The notes: generated by a model not told the origin, from the sequence alone. Positions 1-9,493 are shown, counted from the stretch's first letter. The stretch: 64,000 nt of DNA from Firmicutes bacterium ADurb.Bin182 (GCA_002070205.1 MWCU01000117.1:1993-65992); one strand, 5' to 3'. Made by a program: numbers and translations.

Positions 1-1
1 A

Positions 2-1933
2 ACAATTGTCGCAGCAAGAAATGCGCTTGATGGACTGGAACAGAAGTACTGTCTGGTTAGAGAATTAATCGACCATTGCTTCGACTACGCCAATCCTATG
101 GATGTATCTAAGATAGAACAAGCAGCATTAATATTCAAGAATGCCTATCATAAAGCACGCAAGGATGAGCAAAATTTCTTTATGAAGCTATTTTGGTTCT
201 GTATTGGTCCAGGGCGAATTACATCATGTGAAAAAGCTGCAGGAGATTACAACGTATATGCTTCACGCTATAAGCTGTCTTTAGCAAAGACGAACCTTTC
301 GAATGCCGAAGTAAGCCAACTGGCATCTGATGCAGGCAAATTTGATAAAGCACTTTCGATAGCAACGGAATACAAAATTGCTCTTCAAAAGTTCAAATCA
401 TTTGAAACTCTGGAAAACATTGACAGAAGTTTGTTGAATATTAAGTCTGACCTTGCGGAAATCGCATTCAAACTCTGGAATAAATGGCTCATATCACAAG
501 CGGCAACATTCTCTGCAAGCGAACGACAAGAAATGTCGAACTTCGTAGCTGCGATGAAATTAGCGGGAGATGTGGATCTTTCTGATAACCCTGACCTAAA
601 AAGGCAATTTTCTAGGCTGTCTCAACAAATGACAAAGTATTTACAGTGCTGGGCAGTTACATCACTTTCTGCAAAAAGCCGCGTTCCATTTTTGGCCGGT
701 GTGTTTGACTATGTAATAATTGATGAAGCCAGTCAATGCGACATAGCATCTATTCTACCTTTACTGTACAGAGCAAAGCGCGCTGTAATTATCGGTGACC
801 CGAAGCAGTTGAGCCATATATCACAGTTATCGAGACAACAGGATTTAGCATTACTGCAGAAATATAATGTTCAGCCTGCCTGGTCCTACTCCACCAATTC
901 ACTTTACGCGCTTGCGGCAGGCAAGGTCGAACCGGAAGATATTGTACAGTTAAAGGACCATTTCAGAAGTTGTGCTGATATCATAGAATTTTCCAATGAG
1001 GTTTTCTATGATGGAAGCCTTAGGACAGCCACAAAATATACTGGTCTAAAAACACCCGAAGGAGAAAAACCGGGAATAAGATGGATCAATGTCTCGGGGA
1101 AAATTATCCGCCCGAGCACCGGCAGTGCTTATAATGATGAAGAAGCAGTTGCCGTCGTTAAAGAACTCAAACGCCTTGTAAATGCAGGTTATGCAGGAAG
1201 TATAGGCGTTACTACGCCATTCAGGCTTCAAGCAGAAAGAATTAAGAGTGCGCTTGAGAATACTGAGCCAAGACTATACGACATACTACTACGCGATCAC
1301 GAATTTATTGCAGATACCGTACATAAGTTTCAAGGCGATGAACGCGACCTGATGATTTTTTCTTCTGTTGTTACTCAAGGAACGCCGAATTCAACGCTTG
1401 GCTTTCTCAACAGCACAGGGAATCTGTTTAATGTCGCAATAACACGCGCAAGAGCTGTGCTGGTAGTGATTGGTGATTACAGATACTGTACAAAATGCAA
1501 TATTTCATATCTCAACAAATTTTCCGATTATTACGATAAGCTTATTGCAGGAGAACGAAAAAATCAAAAGATCACTTCTATTCCTGATAGCAGAGATTAT
1601 CCTTGGGTCGCTAATCCTGAACAAGTTTCCGTTTGGGAAAAAGTTTTATATATTGCATTGCATGATGCTGGTATACAGTCCATTCCCCAGTATCCTGTAG
1701 ATAAGTACAAGCTTGACTTTGCATTAATTCTGAACAACGACAAGAAACTTGATATTGAAGTTGACGGTGCCATGTATCACCGCAAATGGAATGGAGAGCT
1801 CTGTTATCGGGATCAGATACGTAATCAACGATTGTTTGAGCTCGGCTGGGACGTTAAACGTTTTTGGGTTTGCCAGATAAGAGACGATATGCCTTGGTGT
1901 ATCCAGCAAATCAAAGAGTGGTGTAAAAATTAA
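2..1933 (+). CDS. Superfamily-1 (Upf1/DNA2-like) helicase, 5'-truncated by the window edge, with C-terminal DUF559/Vsr-like endonuclease domain
   Basis: The reading frame is open from nt 2 up to the listed Met at 98, so the gene very likely begins upstream of the window. SF1 motifs are present: VIIDEASQ (II), IIGDPKQL (III), VHKFQGDERDLMIFS (V) and NVAITRAR (VI). The tail LDIEVDGAMYHR...RDQIRNQRLFELGWDVKRFW looks like a DUF559 restriction-endonuclease-like domain. Confidence 0.8.
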   Translation, partial: TIVAARNALDGLEQKYCLVRELIDHCFDYANPMDVSKIEQAALIFKNAYHKARKDEQNFFMKLFWFCIGPGRITSCEKAAGDYNVYASRYKLSLAKTNLSNAEVSQLASDAGKFDKALSIATEYKIALQKFKSFETLENIDRSLLNIKSDLAEIAFKLWNKWLISQAATFSASERQEMSNFVAAMKLAGDVDLSDNPDLKRQFSRLSQQMTKYLQCWAVTSLSAKSRVPFLAGVFDYVIIDEASQCDIASILPLLYRAKRAVIIGDPKQLSHISQLSRQQDLALLQKYNVQPAWSYSTNSLYALAAGKVEPEDIVQLKDHFRSCADIIEFSNEVFYDGSLRTATKYTGLKTPEGEKPGIRWINVSGKIIRPSTGSAYNDEEAVAVVKELKRLVNAGYAGSIGVTTPFRLQAERIKSALENTEPRLYDILLRDHEFIADTVHKFQGDERDLMIFSSVVTQGTPNSTLGFLNSTGNLFNVAITRARAVLVVIGDYRYCTKCNISYLNKFSDYYDKLIAGERKNQKITSIPDSRDYPWVANPEQVSVWEKVLYIALHDAGIQSIPQYPVDKYKLDFALILNNDKKLDIEVDGAMYHRKWNGELCYRDQIRNQRLFELGWDVKRFWVCQIRDDMPWCIQQIKEWCKN

Positions 1934-2134
1934 ACATTTAATTTATTTTGCATTAACCTAAAAAATCATTGTGTGATTCAGTCCACCTTTTCAAAGTTAT
2001 ATTGTGCAATTAAGAGTAATAACCCACAGAATGACATAAATCCGAAGCAGAGGACGGTTCTTTTGCTTGTATTCTATCCACTCATATTATTTAAATATCT
2101 GGAGCAACTGAACCGACCGCAAAAACGGAACAGA

Positions 2135-3340
2135 TCAAGACAACATAAAAATCAAACGGATGCGCTCGACGCATTCATGTATGAAATCATTGAAAAAAAC
2201 CTCATCAAACAGATTGAAAAATACGGTATTGGGCTCCTTGAAGTTGGGAGAATCATTCTCATTTGCTCGAGGTAAATAACACCAATAAGAATCTGAATCC
2301 GGCATATTATAAGATTTGGCTAATTGCTCATCACCTTTTAATGTTCCGTCGCGCAGCGCATAGAATCCTGCATACAGCCTATAGTTGATTTCGATGCGGA
2401 AACACTTTTCCTCACAGTTACCAATCCAACTGATACCCGGAAAAGTGGAATTCTTTTGGTCATAGAATGTTGATGCCTGCTCGATGTAATCCTTGCTGAT
2501 TTTCCTAGGCGTTAATATGGGTGCTAGTTCTTTTTCAAGCGCCTCAAACAGCTTAACGATCATATCATATTTGCATTTGTTGATGACGCGTGCAGTATCC
2601 ACGGCAGCGCGCATGTTTTCGGATGAACTTGTAATAATTTGCTGAATTTCCATTCCCCTTTTATCCTCCAATTGATTAGTAAAACCGCGTATAACTGTCA
2701 TAAGCTGCAGCAGCGTTTCGCGAACTGGCGCGACACAGATCGTTTCCTCCTGTTTCAAACACGCTGTGAGCCATGCAAGGATATGCTCACTAAATGAAAT
2801 GTTAGTTATCTCCACATACCCTTCCTCTATACGGGTGAGATTCTTTGCTTCTTCATCACATGCTTTTTCTGCGTTTGTGCTGAATTCGGTCGGTGAGCTG
2901 CCGTAACGTGTTAAATAATATAAATTCGAATTCCTGGCATATGGGTAATAATCGCGGCACTGGTTCTTTTGATCCTTTGCATAGATTTTTACCTCAATAG
3001 GTATGAAATAATCTCCTGCTTGTATATATAAATCAATCCTGCGGTCCTGAGCTATTATATATTCGGTTACCACGTTTGCGCGGCATAAATCGCCATAAGG
3101 GATATTCATTCGCAACACTATCTTGTTAAACAAGTCCAGATACAGCGCTCCCCTGCCATGCGACCCCTCGGGATCGAGGAGTTCCCGCAATACACGGCAT
3201 ATGTTTACTTCCCGGCTGCCGATACCAGAAATGCGAAAAACGTTGAACCCGGCTCCGGTATTCTTATCGATTTCATCATAAGCCCGATTAGCCGCGGCGA
3301 CTTTTTGGAGTAAGAACTGTACTGTATTTAACATAGTCAT
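2135..3340 (-). CDS. PD-(D/E)XK nuclease family protein
   Basis: This is a 401-aa ORF. The core RRIDLYIQAGDYFIPIEVKIYAKD gives a D...E-x-K signature. The N-terminal GFNVFRISGIGSREVNICRVLRELLDP block is typical of PDDEXK-type family proteins. The gene is convergent with the helicase. Confidence 0.6.
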   Translation of the reverse strand: MTMLNTVQFLLQKVAAANRAYDEIDKNTGAGFNVFRISGIGSREVNICRVLRELLDPEGSHGRGALYLDLFNKIVLRMNIPYGDLCRANVVTEYIIAQDRRIDLYIQAGDYFIPIEVKIYAKDQKNQCRDYYPYARNSNLYYLTRYGSSPTEFSTNAEKACDEEAKNLTRIEEGYVEITNISFSEHILAWLTACLKQEETICVAPVRETLLQLMTVIRGFTNQLEDKRGMEIQQIITSSSENMRAAVDTARVINKCKYDMIVKLFEALEKELAPILTPRKISKDYIEQASTFYDQKNSTFPGISWIGNCEEKCFRIEINYRLYAGFYALRDGTLKGDEQLAKSYNMPDSDSYWCYLPRANENDSPNFKEPNTVFFNLFDEVFFNDFIHECVERIRLIFMLS

Positions 3341-3586
3341 CTCCTGATTTTACGGACCGATTGTTTATTGCGAAGCTGAAATATAATCCAATTAACAAAG
3401 CTATTGATCATTAAATAATTAGAAACTTGAGATGCATCCATTTTAATGAAAATATTCTTTTTTATCAAGGATAAAAAACGCCAAATGTATACAGATTAAT
3501 TGATCTGGGATTTTGATGAAACTCTCAGAAAAATGCTGCAACACAAACCACAATGTTAAGCAAGACTAAATGAAGCGGCAGACTCA

Positions 3587-4132
3587 TTATATGAAACCTC
3601 GAACCTTACACAGCCATATCATGTGATCATAGCCCGGTCCCCAGTAATCCTTCACAGTCATATATGGCTCACCAAACTTTCTCCGCCACTTTTTTTGAGC
3701 GAGTTTATACCCGCTGTCCAAACAAAAGCGTTTGATCCCTTGTGCGGAAAGCTCAGACACCATTTTTTTAATTAAAAGAGAACCGATCCCCATCCCCTGA
3801 TACTCCGGCAGGATAAACAAACTGCCCAGTTCGCCGATGCGGGATAAAGCGCTGTTGGTACATTTTCGAATATCCTCTCCGCACGGACCGTATGATACCG
3901 TTCCGACGACCAACTCTCCCAACTTCGCGACAAGAAAAAAGATGCCGCGCCCTTCGATGGACTCATCAAGCAGACGCTTTTTCAACTCGATTTCATTTTT
4001 GATGAGATCTCCGGGGAGCGTGATATTTTCCTTCAGGAATGTATCGGGTATAGTCACCGCAAAAACATTGTACACGACATCTATATCCTCTTTGGCAAGT
4101 CTATTGATTTTCAACTCGTCGCTCAATCGCAC
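3587..4132 (-). CDS. GNAT family N-acetyltransferase
   Basis: The acetyl-CoA binding motif QGMGIGSLLIKKMV is present and the size (181 aa) is typical. Confidence 0.8.
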   Translation of the reverse strand: MRLSDELKINRLAKEDIDVVYNVFAVTIPDTFLKENITLPGDLIKNEIELKKRLLDESIEGRGIFFLVAKLGELVVGTVSYGPCGEDIRKCTNSALSRIGELGSLFILPEYQGMGIGSLLIKKMVSELSAQGIKRFCLDSGYKLAQKKWRRKFGEPYMTVKDYWGPGYDHMIWLCKVRGFI

Positions 4133-4211
4133 GTCCCCTTAATAAACGCTATTTTAATAATTATACTTTAGATGAACAGACAGGGCAAACGAAATGACAG
4201 GAACTACTTAA

Positions 4212-4408
4212 GTCTGTTGAAAAACCCTACTCGAGGATTATCAAGGGGTCAGAGCCCCTTAATTTTCGTTCCGGCTTCAGCGGCATGTACGGTGAAACGG
4301 ATGAAATCTGCAAGGATTTCGTACTTTGCACGCTTTGCCGCCCAAAAATCTTCGATTTTAGGCAAAGCGTGTAAAGCTCGAAGAAGTCTATTAAGACTTC
4401 TTCGACAC
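4212..4408 (-). mobile_element. MITE-like structured repeat, copy A (inverted relative to copies B and C)
   Basis: This is the reverse complement of the ~196-bp element at 17013-17208 and 27286-27481, with the same internal hairpins. It is flanked by the imperfect direct repeats GGAACTACTTAA (4200-4211) and GGAAGTTACTTAA (4420-4432). Confidence 0.7.
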
Positions 4409-4424
4409 TGCGAAAAGGCGGAAG

Positions 4425-5246
4425 TTACTTAAATAACGGCATGATATACGCGATTGAATTAGCCACCATATGCCCGCAATCAGGAATAAGATGGATTTCG
4501 GCTGACGGCACAAGATGGGCGAGCCTTTGCTTCGAGCTTTGAGCATCGATGATAACGTCGTCTTCCCCGTCAATAAAGAGTACCGGCATGTTAAGCCGTT
4601 TCAATTCTTCATTTGCATATACGGGCAGATCCTTAACCGGCTCGTAGTTTTCAACGATCAGATTCATAAATTCGAGCACTTCCTTCGGAATGCTCTGTTC
4701 CCCGACGATTTTCGGGTTCACCGGCACAGTACCGTCCGCATTCCGATTTTGCTCCGCATCAGCAAGAAATTGCGGACGGATTTGCGCAAGGCCGGCGGAT
4801 GCGATCAATATGAGCCTGGAAACGCGCTCCGGATATGCCGTCGCGAATTTGAGGGCCATCCAGCCGCCGAGTGAGTTGCCGATCAAATAGGTTTTTTCAA
4901 TGCCAAGCGCATCAAGGACATTCTGAAGCCAAAGAGCATAAGAGTCCGTACTCAGGTCGAGCCTGTATTCCTCGCTGTTCCCCGCTTCACCGATAATGTC
5001 AACCGCATAAACCCTGAATTGATTGGAAAGAGCCATGATCTCAGGAAACCAAAATGCACTGTTGCTGCAGGAACCGTGCAGCAAAACAACCGGCGGATTC
5101 GACTCATGCCCTGCAGTCAGCATAAACGTTTTCCCAAAAGCAGTCTCGACGTATCGCTGCCCGAAGGGCATTTGACTAAGTACCCGGCTATAATAGGCAC
5201 GGACTTTATCCCGCCCTTCTTCGGTCCTAAACACGCTTTTTCTCAT
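4425..5246 (-). CDS. alpha/beta hydrolase
   Basis: It has an HGS oxyanion-type block (VVLLHGSCSNS), a nucleophile elbow GNSLGG and a C-terminal DCGH histidine block. Confidence 0.8.
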   Translation of the reverse strand: MRKSVFRTEEGRDKVRAYYSRVLSQMPFGQRYVETAFGKTFMLTAGHESNPPVVLLHGSCSNSAFWFPEIMALSNQFRVYAVDIIGEAGNSEEYRLDLSTDSYALWLQNVLDALGIEKTYLIGNSLGGWMALKFATAYPERVSRLILIASAGLAQIRPQFLADAEQNRNADGTVPVNPKIVGEQSIPKEVLEFMNLIVENYEPVKDLPVYANEELKRLNMPVLFIDGEDDVIIDAQSSKQRLAHLVPSAEIHLIPDCGHMVANSIAYIMPLFK

Positions 5247-5406
5247 TTCAATTTACTCCTTTATATTTTATTTTCCGGCGAGAATTGCGCTCAGCAACAC
5301 CGCCAATAAGCGGATAGTTCACACTGAACACCAACGGATGAACTATCTGCAAAACTATAATCCGTCCTGTTGTGCGACAATCCCTCAACACACCTATAAT
5401 TCCCTG

Positions 5407-5447
5407 TGATTACCTATATGGTAATTATAGGGTACTATAGGTAATCA
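5407..5447. promoter_or_regulatory. Candidate operator: perfect 12-bp inverted repeat TGATTACCTATA / TATAGGTAATCA
   Basis: The arms lie at 5407-5418 and 5436-5447. A nested related repeat is CCTATAATTCC (5393-5403) / GGTAATTATAGG (5420-5431). It sits in the intergenic region between the divergent hydrolase and lipoprotein genes. Confidence 0.3.
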
Positions 5448-5732
5448 GTCAAGAAAATTTTATTTTTTTCTTAATGATCGACTCAGATCGTAAACAAGTC
5501 GTTTATAGTCTTTTAAAGTCGAAAATTATCGATTTACATCTAAAGCATTTCCTGTTATTATTTAACCTAGCAAAAAAAGGAAGCAATGCGCGGCAAGTCG
5601 CTCGTGACGCGCGCGCTTGAAACGACTTAATAAAACGGTTTCGTGCTTTCATGCAAGCCGGCCGCTGATCTCCGTTATAAACCGCAAATTTCTGTGGTTT
5701 ATTATATAAAGAAGCATGGAGGAGAATTGTAT

Positions 5733-6086
5733 ATGAAAATCAAAAGAAGTCTTTTCGCTGTGTTGATACCGGTTTTAGTGCTGGCACTCGCCGCCTGTTC
5801 GTCCGGGCCGGATATGAGCGAACTGACCGACGCCTACAACAAGTTGAACGAGACCTACAGCGAAATAGTTTCCATCGCAATCGAGAACGGATGGGATCAG
5901 AAAGAAGGTGCTTTGGAATCGCTGGACAGCGCCAAGGAGAGCGCCTCATTTGTTGAAGATATGCTCGAAAACCCGGACCAATATTCACAAGAGCAGGTCG
6001 ACGAATTTACGGCACAAGTAAACATAATTGCCGAATCGATCGAAGGTTTCAGGGATACTTTTTCCGAGCCCTGTCCTCTTGGCTGA
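5733..6086 (+). CDS. small secreted lipoprotein, unknown function
   Basis: The ATG at 5733 is preceded by GGAGGAG. The signal peptide MKIKRSLFAVLIPVLVLALAAC has a lipobox Cys. I prefer this start over the longer ORF start at 5643. Confidence 0.6.
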   Translation: MKIKRSLFAVLIPVLVLALAACSSGPDMSELTDAYNKLNETYSEIVSIAIENGWDQKEGALESLDSAKESASFVEDMLENPDQYSQEQVDEFTAQVNIIAESIEGFRDTFSEPCPLG

Positions 6087-6110
6087 GCGCCTCTTCGGTT
6101 TGAATTATTA

Positions 6111-6139
6111 AACCCGCCTGCAGATTACCCGGGCGGGTT
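6111..6139. terminator. Hairpin between convergent genes, possibly a bidirectional terminator
   Basis: AACCCGCC...GGGCGGGTT forms a 9-bp stem with T/A-rich sequence on both sides. It lies between the lipoprotein gene end (6086) and the ppa end (6188). Confidence 0.45.
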
Positions 6140-6187
6140 CATTCTTCTGACAGCACATTTTCTGTATGCTTAAACTCTATAGCCCCG

Positions 6188-6718
6188 TTATTTGCAAAAG
6201 GTAATAAGATAATTTTCGATTTCTTTGCGGATCGCTCTTATTGCTTTTTCGTGCCCCTCCACTTCCGTGACTTCCGTTTCGATTTCCTCGAGCTCCTTAT
6301 ATACTCTGAAGAAATGAGTCATCTCCAGAAATACGTGTTTCGGCAGTTCGGAAACGTCAGTATACCCGTTATAGCTCGGGTCGCTGAACGGAATGGCGAT
6401 GATCTTCCGGTCCTTTCTGCCGTTATCGATCATCGAAAACACGCCTATAGGATAGCACCTGACAAGCGTCATTGGCACTATCGGCTCGGAACAAAGTATC
6501 AATACGTCGAGCGGATCGTTATCGTCGCCGTAGGTGCGAGGGATAAACCCGTAATTCGCCGGGTAATGGGTGGAGGTTGAAAGTATGCGATCAAGCACAA
6601 GCATACCGGTCTCTTTATCGAGTTCGTATTTGGTTTTTGAACCCTTTTGAATCTCTACGACGGCATAAAAATCTTCGGGCACTATCCTCTCAGGGCTGAT
6701 ATCATGCCAAATATTCAT
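6188..6718 (-). CDS. ppa: family I inorganic pyrophosphatase
   Basis: Motifs YPANYGFIP and DDNDPLDVLIL are present and the length is 176 aa. The start overlaps the upstream stop as ATGA (6715-6718). Confidence 0.9.
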   Translation of the reverse strand: MNIWHDISPERIVPEDFYAVVEIQKGSKTKYELDKETGMLVLDRILSTSTHYPANYGFIPRTYGDDNDPLDVLILCSEPIVPMTLVRCYPIGVFSMIDNGRKDRKIIAIPFSDPSYNGYTDVSELPKHVFLEMTHFFRVYKELEEIETEVTEVEGHEKAIRAIRKEIENYLITFCK

Positions 6719-7500
6719 AAAGTAACCTCCTTGTCAATATTAACGCTGCCCGAAGGAGCCATGGAGGAAATACGGCTTAGATTTAAAAACTTTTTAGCGG
6801 CCATTATCGAAAACACGACCCACGGAACAAGCGAAGCGAGCGAGAAGTAACGCCCGAGAGTACCAGCAGAGGAAGGAATAAGCATAAGGATCCCGGACGA
6901 CAGACCGATCGCGGCCATAATCTTGCCGTAGATGGCGCTTTTAAACATAACGGCTGCTATAATGATCAAGCATATCGCGCTCAAAATATAGTAAATGTCG
7001 AATGAAGTGCCTTTCCACTGCGCGATCAGAGCGCGGCCGACGCCTTCCAGCGCAGCTCTTTCAAGCCCTTGAGAACTTTCAAAAAATTGGCGGCTCAAAG
7101 AAAGCATTTCAAACGCCGGGTTTGAGGAATAATACGCCGCTGTCGCCAAAAGGCCTGTTACAAGCGCGATAAGCAGCCAACCTTCGTTCTTGCGCCTTAA
7201 AGAAAAATAAAAAGCAACATACATAACAGCCACAATGGTATTATTAACGATATACAAAATATCAAGGTGCGCTAGACCAAGGATCCAACTGTCTTTAAAC
7301 AGCTGAAACCACCCTGTAGCGGATCCGGGAGTCGGGTAAATCGTGAACACTGCTATCTGTACGGGGATCAGGACCAGCATCAATATTGTTGCAATACCGG
7401 CTATTCCGTAAAGAGAGCCCCATTTGGGAAGACCGGCTTCGCTTTGAATGTTCAGCTTATCCTGCTCGAGCAGGTTGTTGTAATTTTTCAACACGTTCAT
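6715..7500 (-). CDS. multi-pass membrane protein (DUF4386-like)
   Basis: The 261-aa product has several hydrophobic helices. The family assignment is from memory only. It has ATGA overlaps with both neighbours. Confidence 0.5.
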   Translation of the reverse strand: MNVLKNYNNLLEQDKLNIQSEAGLPKWGSLYGIAGIATILMLVLIPVQIAVFTIYPTPGSATGWFQLFKDSWILGLAHLDILYIVNNTIVAVMYVAFYFSLRRKNEGWLLIALVTGLLATAAYYSSNPAFEMLSLSRQFFESSQGLERAALEGVGRALIAQWKGTSFDIYYILSAICLIIIAAVMFKSAIYGKIMAAIGLSSGILMLIPSSAGTLGRYFSLASLVPWVVFSIMAAKKFLNLSRISSMAPSGSVNIDKEVTL

Positions 7501-7922
7501 TTTCCGTCCTCCACGCCGTCGTTTACGGCACTAAGCAAAGCGTTTTCTATAGCTTTCAATATGACCATGCTGCTGTGCGTTGCGCCCGATACGGAGTCCA
7601 CATCCAGGGACTGAGATTCAACCACCTTTTGGGGAATGACTTCGGCAGGCTTTCCCTGACCGTTATCGTGCTTTACAAGCTCGATATCGGTTATCGCGTG
7701 ATCCTTTACTGTCACGTTGACTTCGGCCGAAACGGGGAATAATGAATAGCTTCCGGGATAAACTCCGTCTTCGATAACCGATAAATCTATGTCGGCGGGC
7801 GGCGTATTTTTAAGCGATTCAAAGCTCGATTCGATGTTTGAAAGCATTGCCCTGATGCCGAGGTAGCCCCCGGCGACAACAACAAGTATGACCGCTAGAA
7901 TGATTATGGTTTTTTTCTTCAT
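7497..7922 (-). CDS. FMN-binding domain protein, membrane anchored
   Basis: The ATG at 7922 is preceded by AGGAGG. There is an N-terminal TM helix, and the SVSGATHSS motif is typical of FMN_bind domains. Confidence 0.7.
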   Translation of the reverse strand: MKKKTIIILAVILVVVAGGYLGIRAMLSNIESSFESLKNTPPADIDLSVIEDGVYPGSYSLFPVSAEVNVTVKDHAITDIELVKHDNGQGKPAEVIPQKVVESQSLDVDSVSGATHSSMVILKAIENALLSAVNDGVEDGK

Positions 7923-7958
7923 GATTTTAACCTCCTGATAAATTACGCGCAAAAAGCG

Positions 7959-8429
7959 TCAAGCGGGATTGCCCAGCTTTTCGACCGCGGACTCGATAAG
8001 CTCTTCGCGCTTTGCCGCATTCGCCCAGTTGACAATACCCGTTCCGTAAGGATCCGCTCCCTTGCTCCTGCATATCTCGACCAGCTGCCCGAGCGCACGG
8101 TTGCCCCCCATCCATGGGAACGGAAAGGCCTGCGTCATAAAACAAGCTGTCTTTTTGCCCTTAAATGAGCCGACTCCGTTCAGATACGCCTGCATGACAG
8201 GTGAAAGCGAGAAACCGCGCACGGGAGCGCCGAAAAGCAACGCATCGTATTCACCGATATCGGGTTTTTCGCTCAGCCTGATTTTCCCGATATCGCTCTC
8301 ATCATCGTTGATTGCTGATACCCGGAGCAATGATACCGTATGCCCCGAGGCTGAGAGTTTCGCCATTATCCTTTTCGCAACAGCAAGAGTGTTGCCTGTT
8401 TGTGAATGCACAACAATACCGATTTTCAT
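7959..8429 (-). CDS. flavodoxin family protein
   Basis: It has the N-terminal MKIGIVVHSQTGNT phosphate-binding loop and is 156 aa long. Confidence 0.8.
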   Translation of the reverse strand: MKIGIVVHSQTGNTLAVAKRIMAKLSASGHTVSLLRVSAINDDESDIGKIRLSEKPDIGEYDALLFGAPVRGFSLSPVMQAYLNGVGSFKGKKTACFMTQAFPFPWMGGNRALGQLVEICRSKGADPYGTGIVNWANAAKREELIESAVEKLGNPA

Positions 8430-8447
8430 AATAATACCTCCGTTTAT

Positions 8448-9050
8448 TTATAAAATATAATCGATGATCATATTAAGATCCCTGAACAGGTTCCCCTCTT
8501 CGCCAAGATCGCCGTTGCCTGAGAAACTCAGTGTCAGCATACCGTGAATTGCGTAAATCAAAGTTTTAGCCGCTGCCTCAACGTCTCTCTCGCGCAATTT
8601 TCCGCTCGATACGAAACATTTGAATACCTCGTTCCACATCGCGCCGAAGTCCGGTTCCTCATTCGCTTTTTCCGGTTTTTTACCGGGATCGATCAAATGA
8701 TGGAAATAGAAGAATTTGAAAATATTTGGATTTTCCAAATAATACTCAATGTACGTTTTGAACACTTTCTTGATCCCTTCCTTATCTTCTACGGCAAAAT
8801 CCATCTTCTGCGGCATTTCCATGGTCATTTCCCTGATCATGTACTGCCTTGTTTCCCAAAGCAGTTCATTAAGATCCTTAAAGTAATTATAAAGAGTCGG
8901 ATAAGAATAGCCCGCAGCATCAGCAACTCTTCTTACGGAAACGCTTTCCACTCCCTCCGCAATAATGATCGTTTTTGCAGCTTCAAGAAAATACGTCCCG
9001 GTCCTTTGACGCTTAAGCTTTTCCTTTGTGTACGATGCTTTTTCGCTCAT
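8448..9050 (-). CDS. TetR/AcrR family transcriptional regulator
   Basis: HTH region: VSVRRVADAAGYSYPTLYNYFKD. I prefer the ATG at 9050, which has an AGAGGA RBS, over the longer ORF start at 9113. Confidence 0.85.
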   Translation of the reverse strand: MSEKASYTKEKLKRQRTGTYFLEAAKTIIIAEGVESVSVRRVADAAGYSYPTLYNYFKDLNELLWETRQYMIREMTMEMPQKMDFAVEDKEGIKKVFKTYIEYYLENPNIFKFFYFHHLIDPGKKPEKANEEPDFGAMWNEVFKCFVSSGKLRERDVEAAAKTLIYAIHGMLTLSFSGNGDLGEEGNLFRDLNMIIDYIL

Positions 9051-9292
9051 AAATTCCTCTTTGCTCGGCAGCCGCTTCATGCTGCTTGAACATCTATTAA
9101 ATATTACTGACAACGTTCAAATATTTGAACACTGTTAGTATACTCATCATTATTTATTTTGTCAACAAGAAAATAAAAAAATTTTTGAATAAGATATCTT
9201 TATGCGAGCGGAACAAAAAACTCGATAACATGAATAATAAAGCGCTTGAGATAAAAAATAAGCGTAACATCTCAAACTAAAGGAGCAACAGA

Positions 9293-9478
9293 ATGGTACA
9301 GTTAAATGAACTTGAACTTCAGAACCTTAGGCATCTGATCGGCTCGCATGAAACGGCTTATCAGAAAATGACGGTTTATGCGCAATCTGCAAGCGACCCG
9401 CAGGTCAAACAGTTTTTCCAAAAGTCGGCGCAGGATGCTCAAAAAACAAAGCAGCAGTTATTATCGTTCTTAAGTTAA
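9293..9478 (+). CDS. small CotF-associated (spore coat-like) protein
   Basis: This 61-aa ORF has a GGAG RBS and lies directly upstream of a CotF-like gene. It is helical with a Coat_F-like composition. Confidence 0.5.
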   Translation: MVQLNELELQNLRHLIGSHETAYQKMTVYAQSASDPQVKQFFQKSAQDAQKTKQQLLSFLS

Positions 9479-9493
9479 GGGAGGTATGAATCA

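Noticed and set aside
4172-4432. ORFs inside the repeated element encoding similar peptides (...ASAACTVKRMKS.RISYFARFAA.KS.ILGKAC..RRSL.RLLRH). They also occur at 16966-17211, 27191-27418 and 27205-27402.
   Set aside because: The similarity follows from near-identical DNA. ORFs are open on both strands, lack RBS, and their boundaries differ between copies. The element is better explained as non-coding (MITE or structured RNA).
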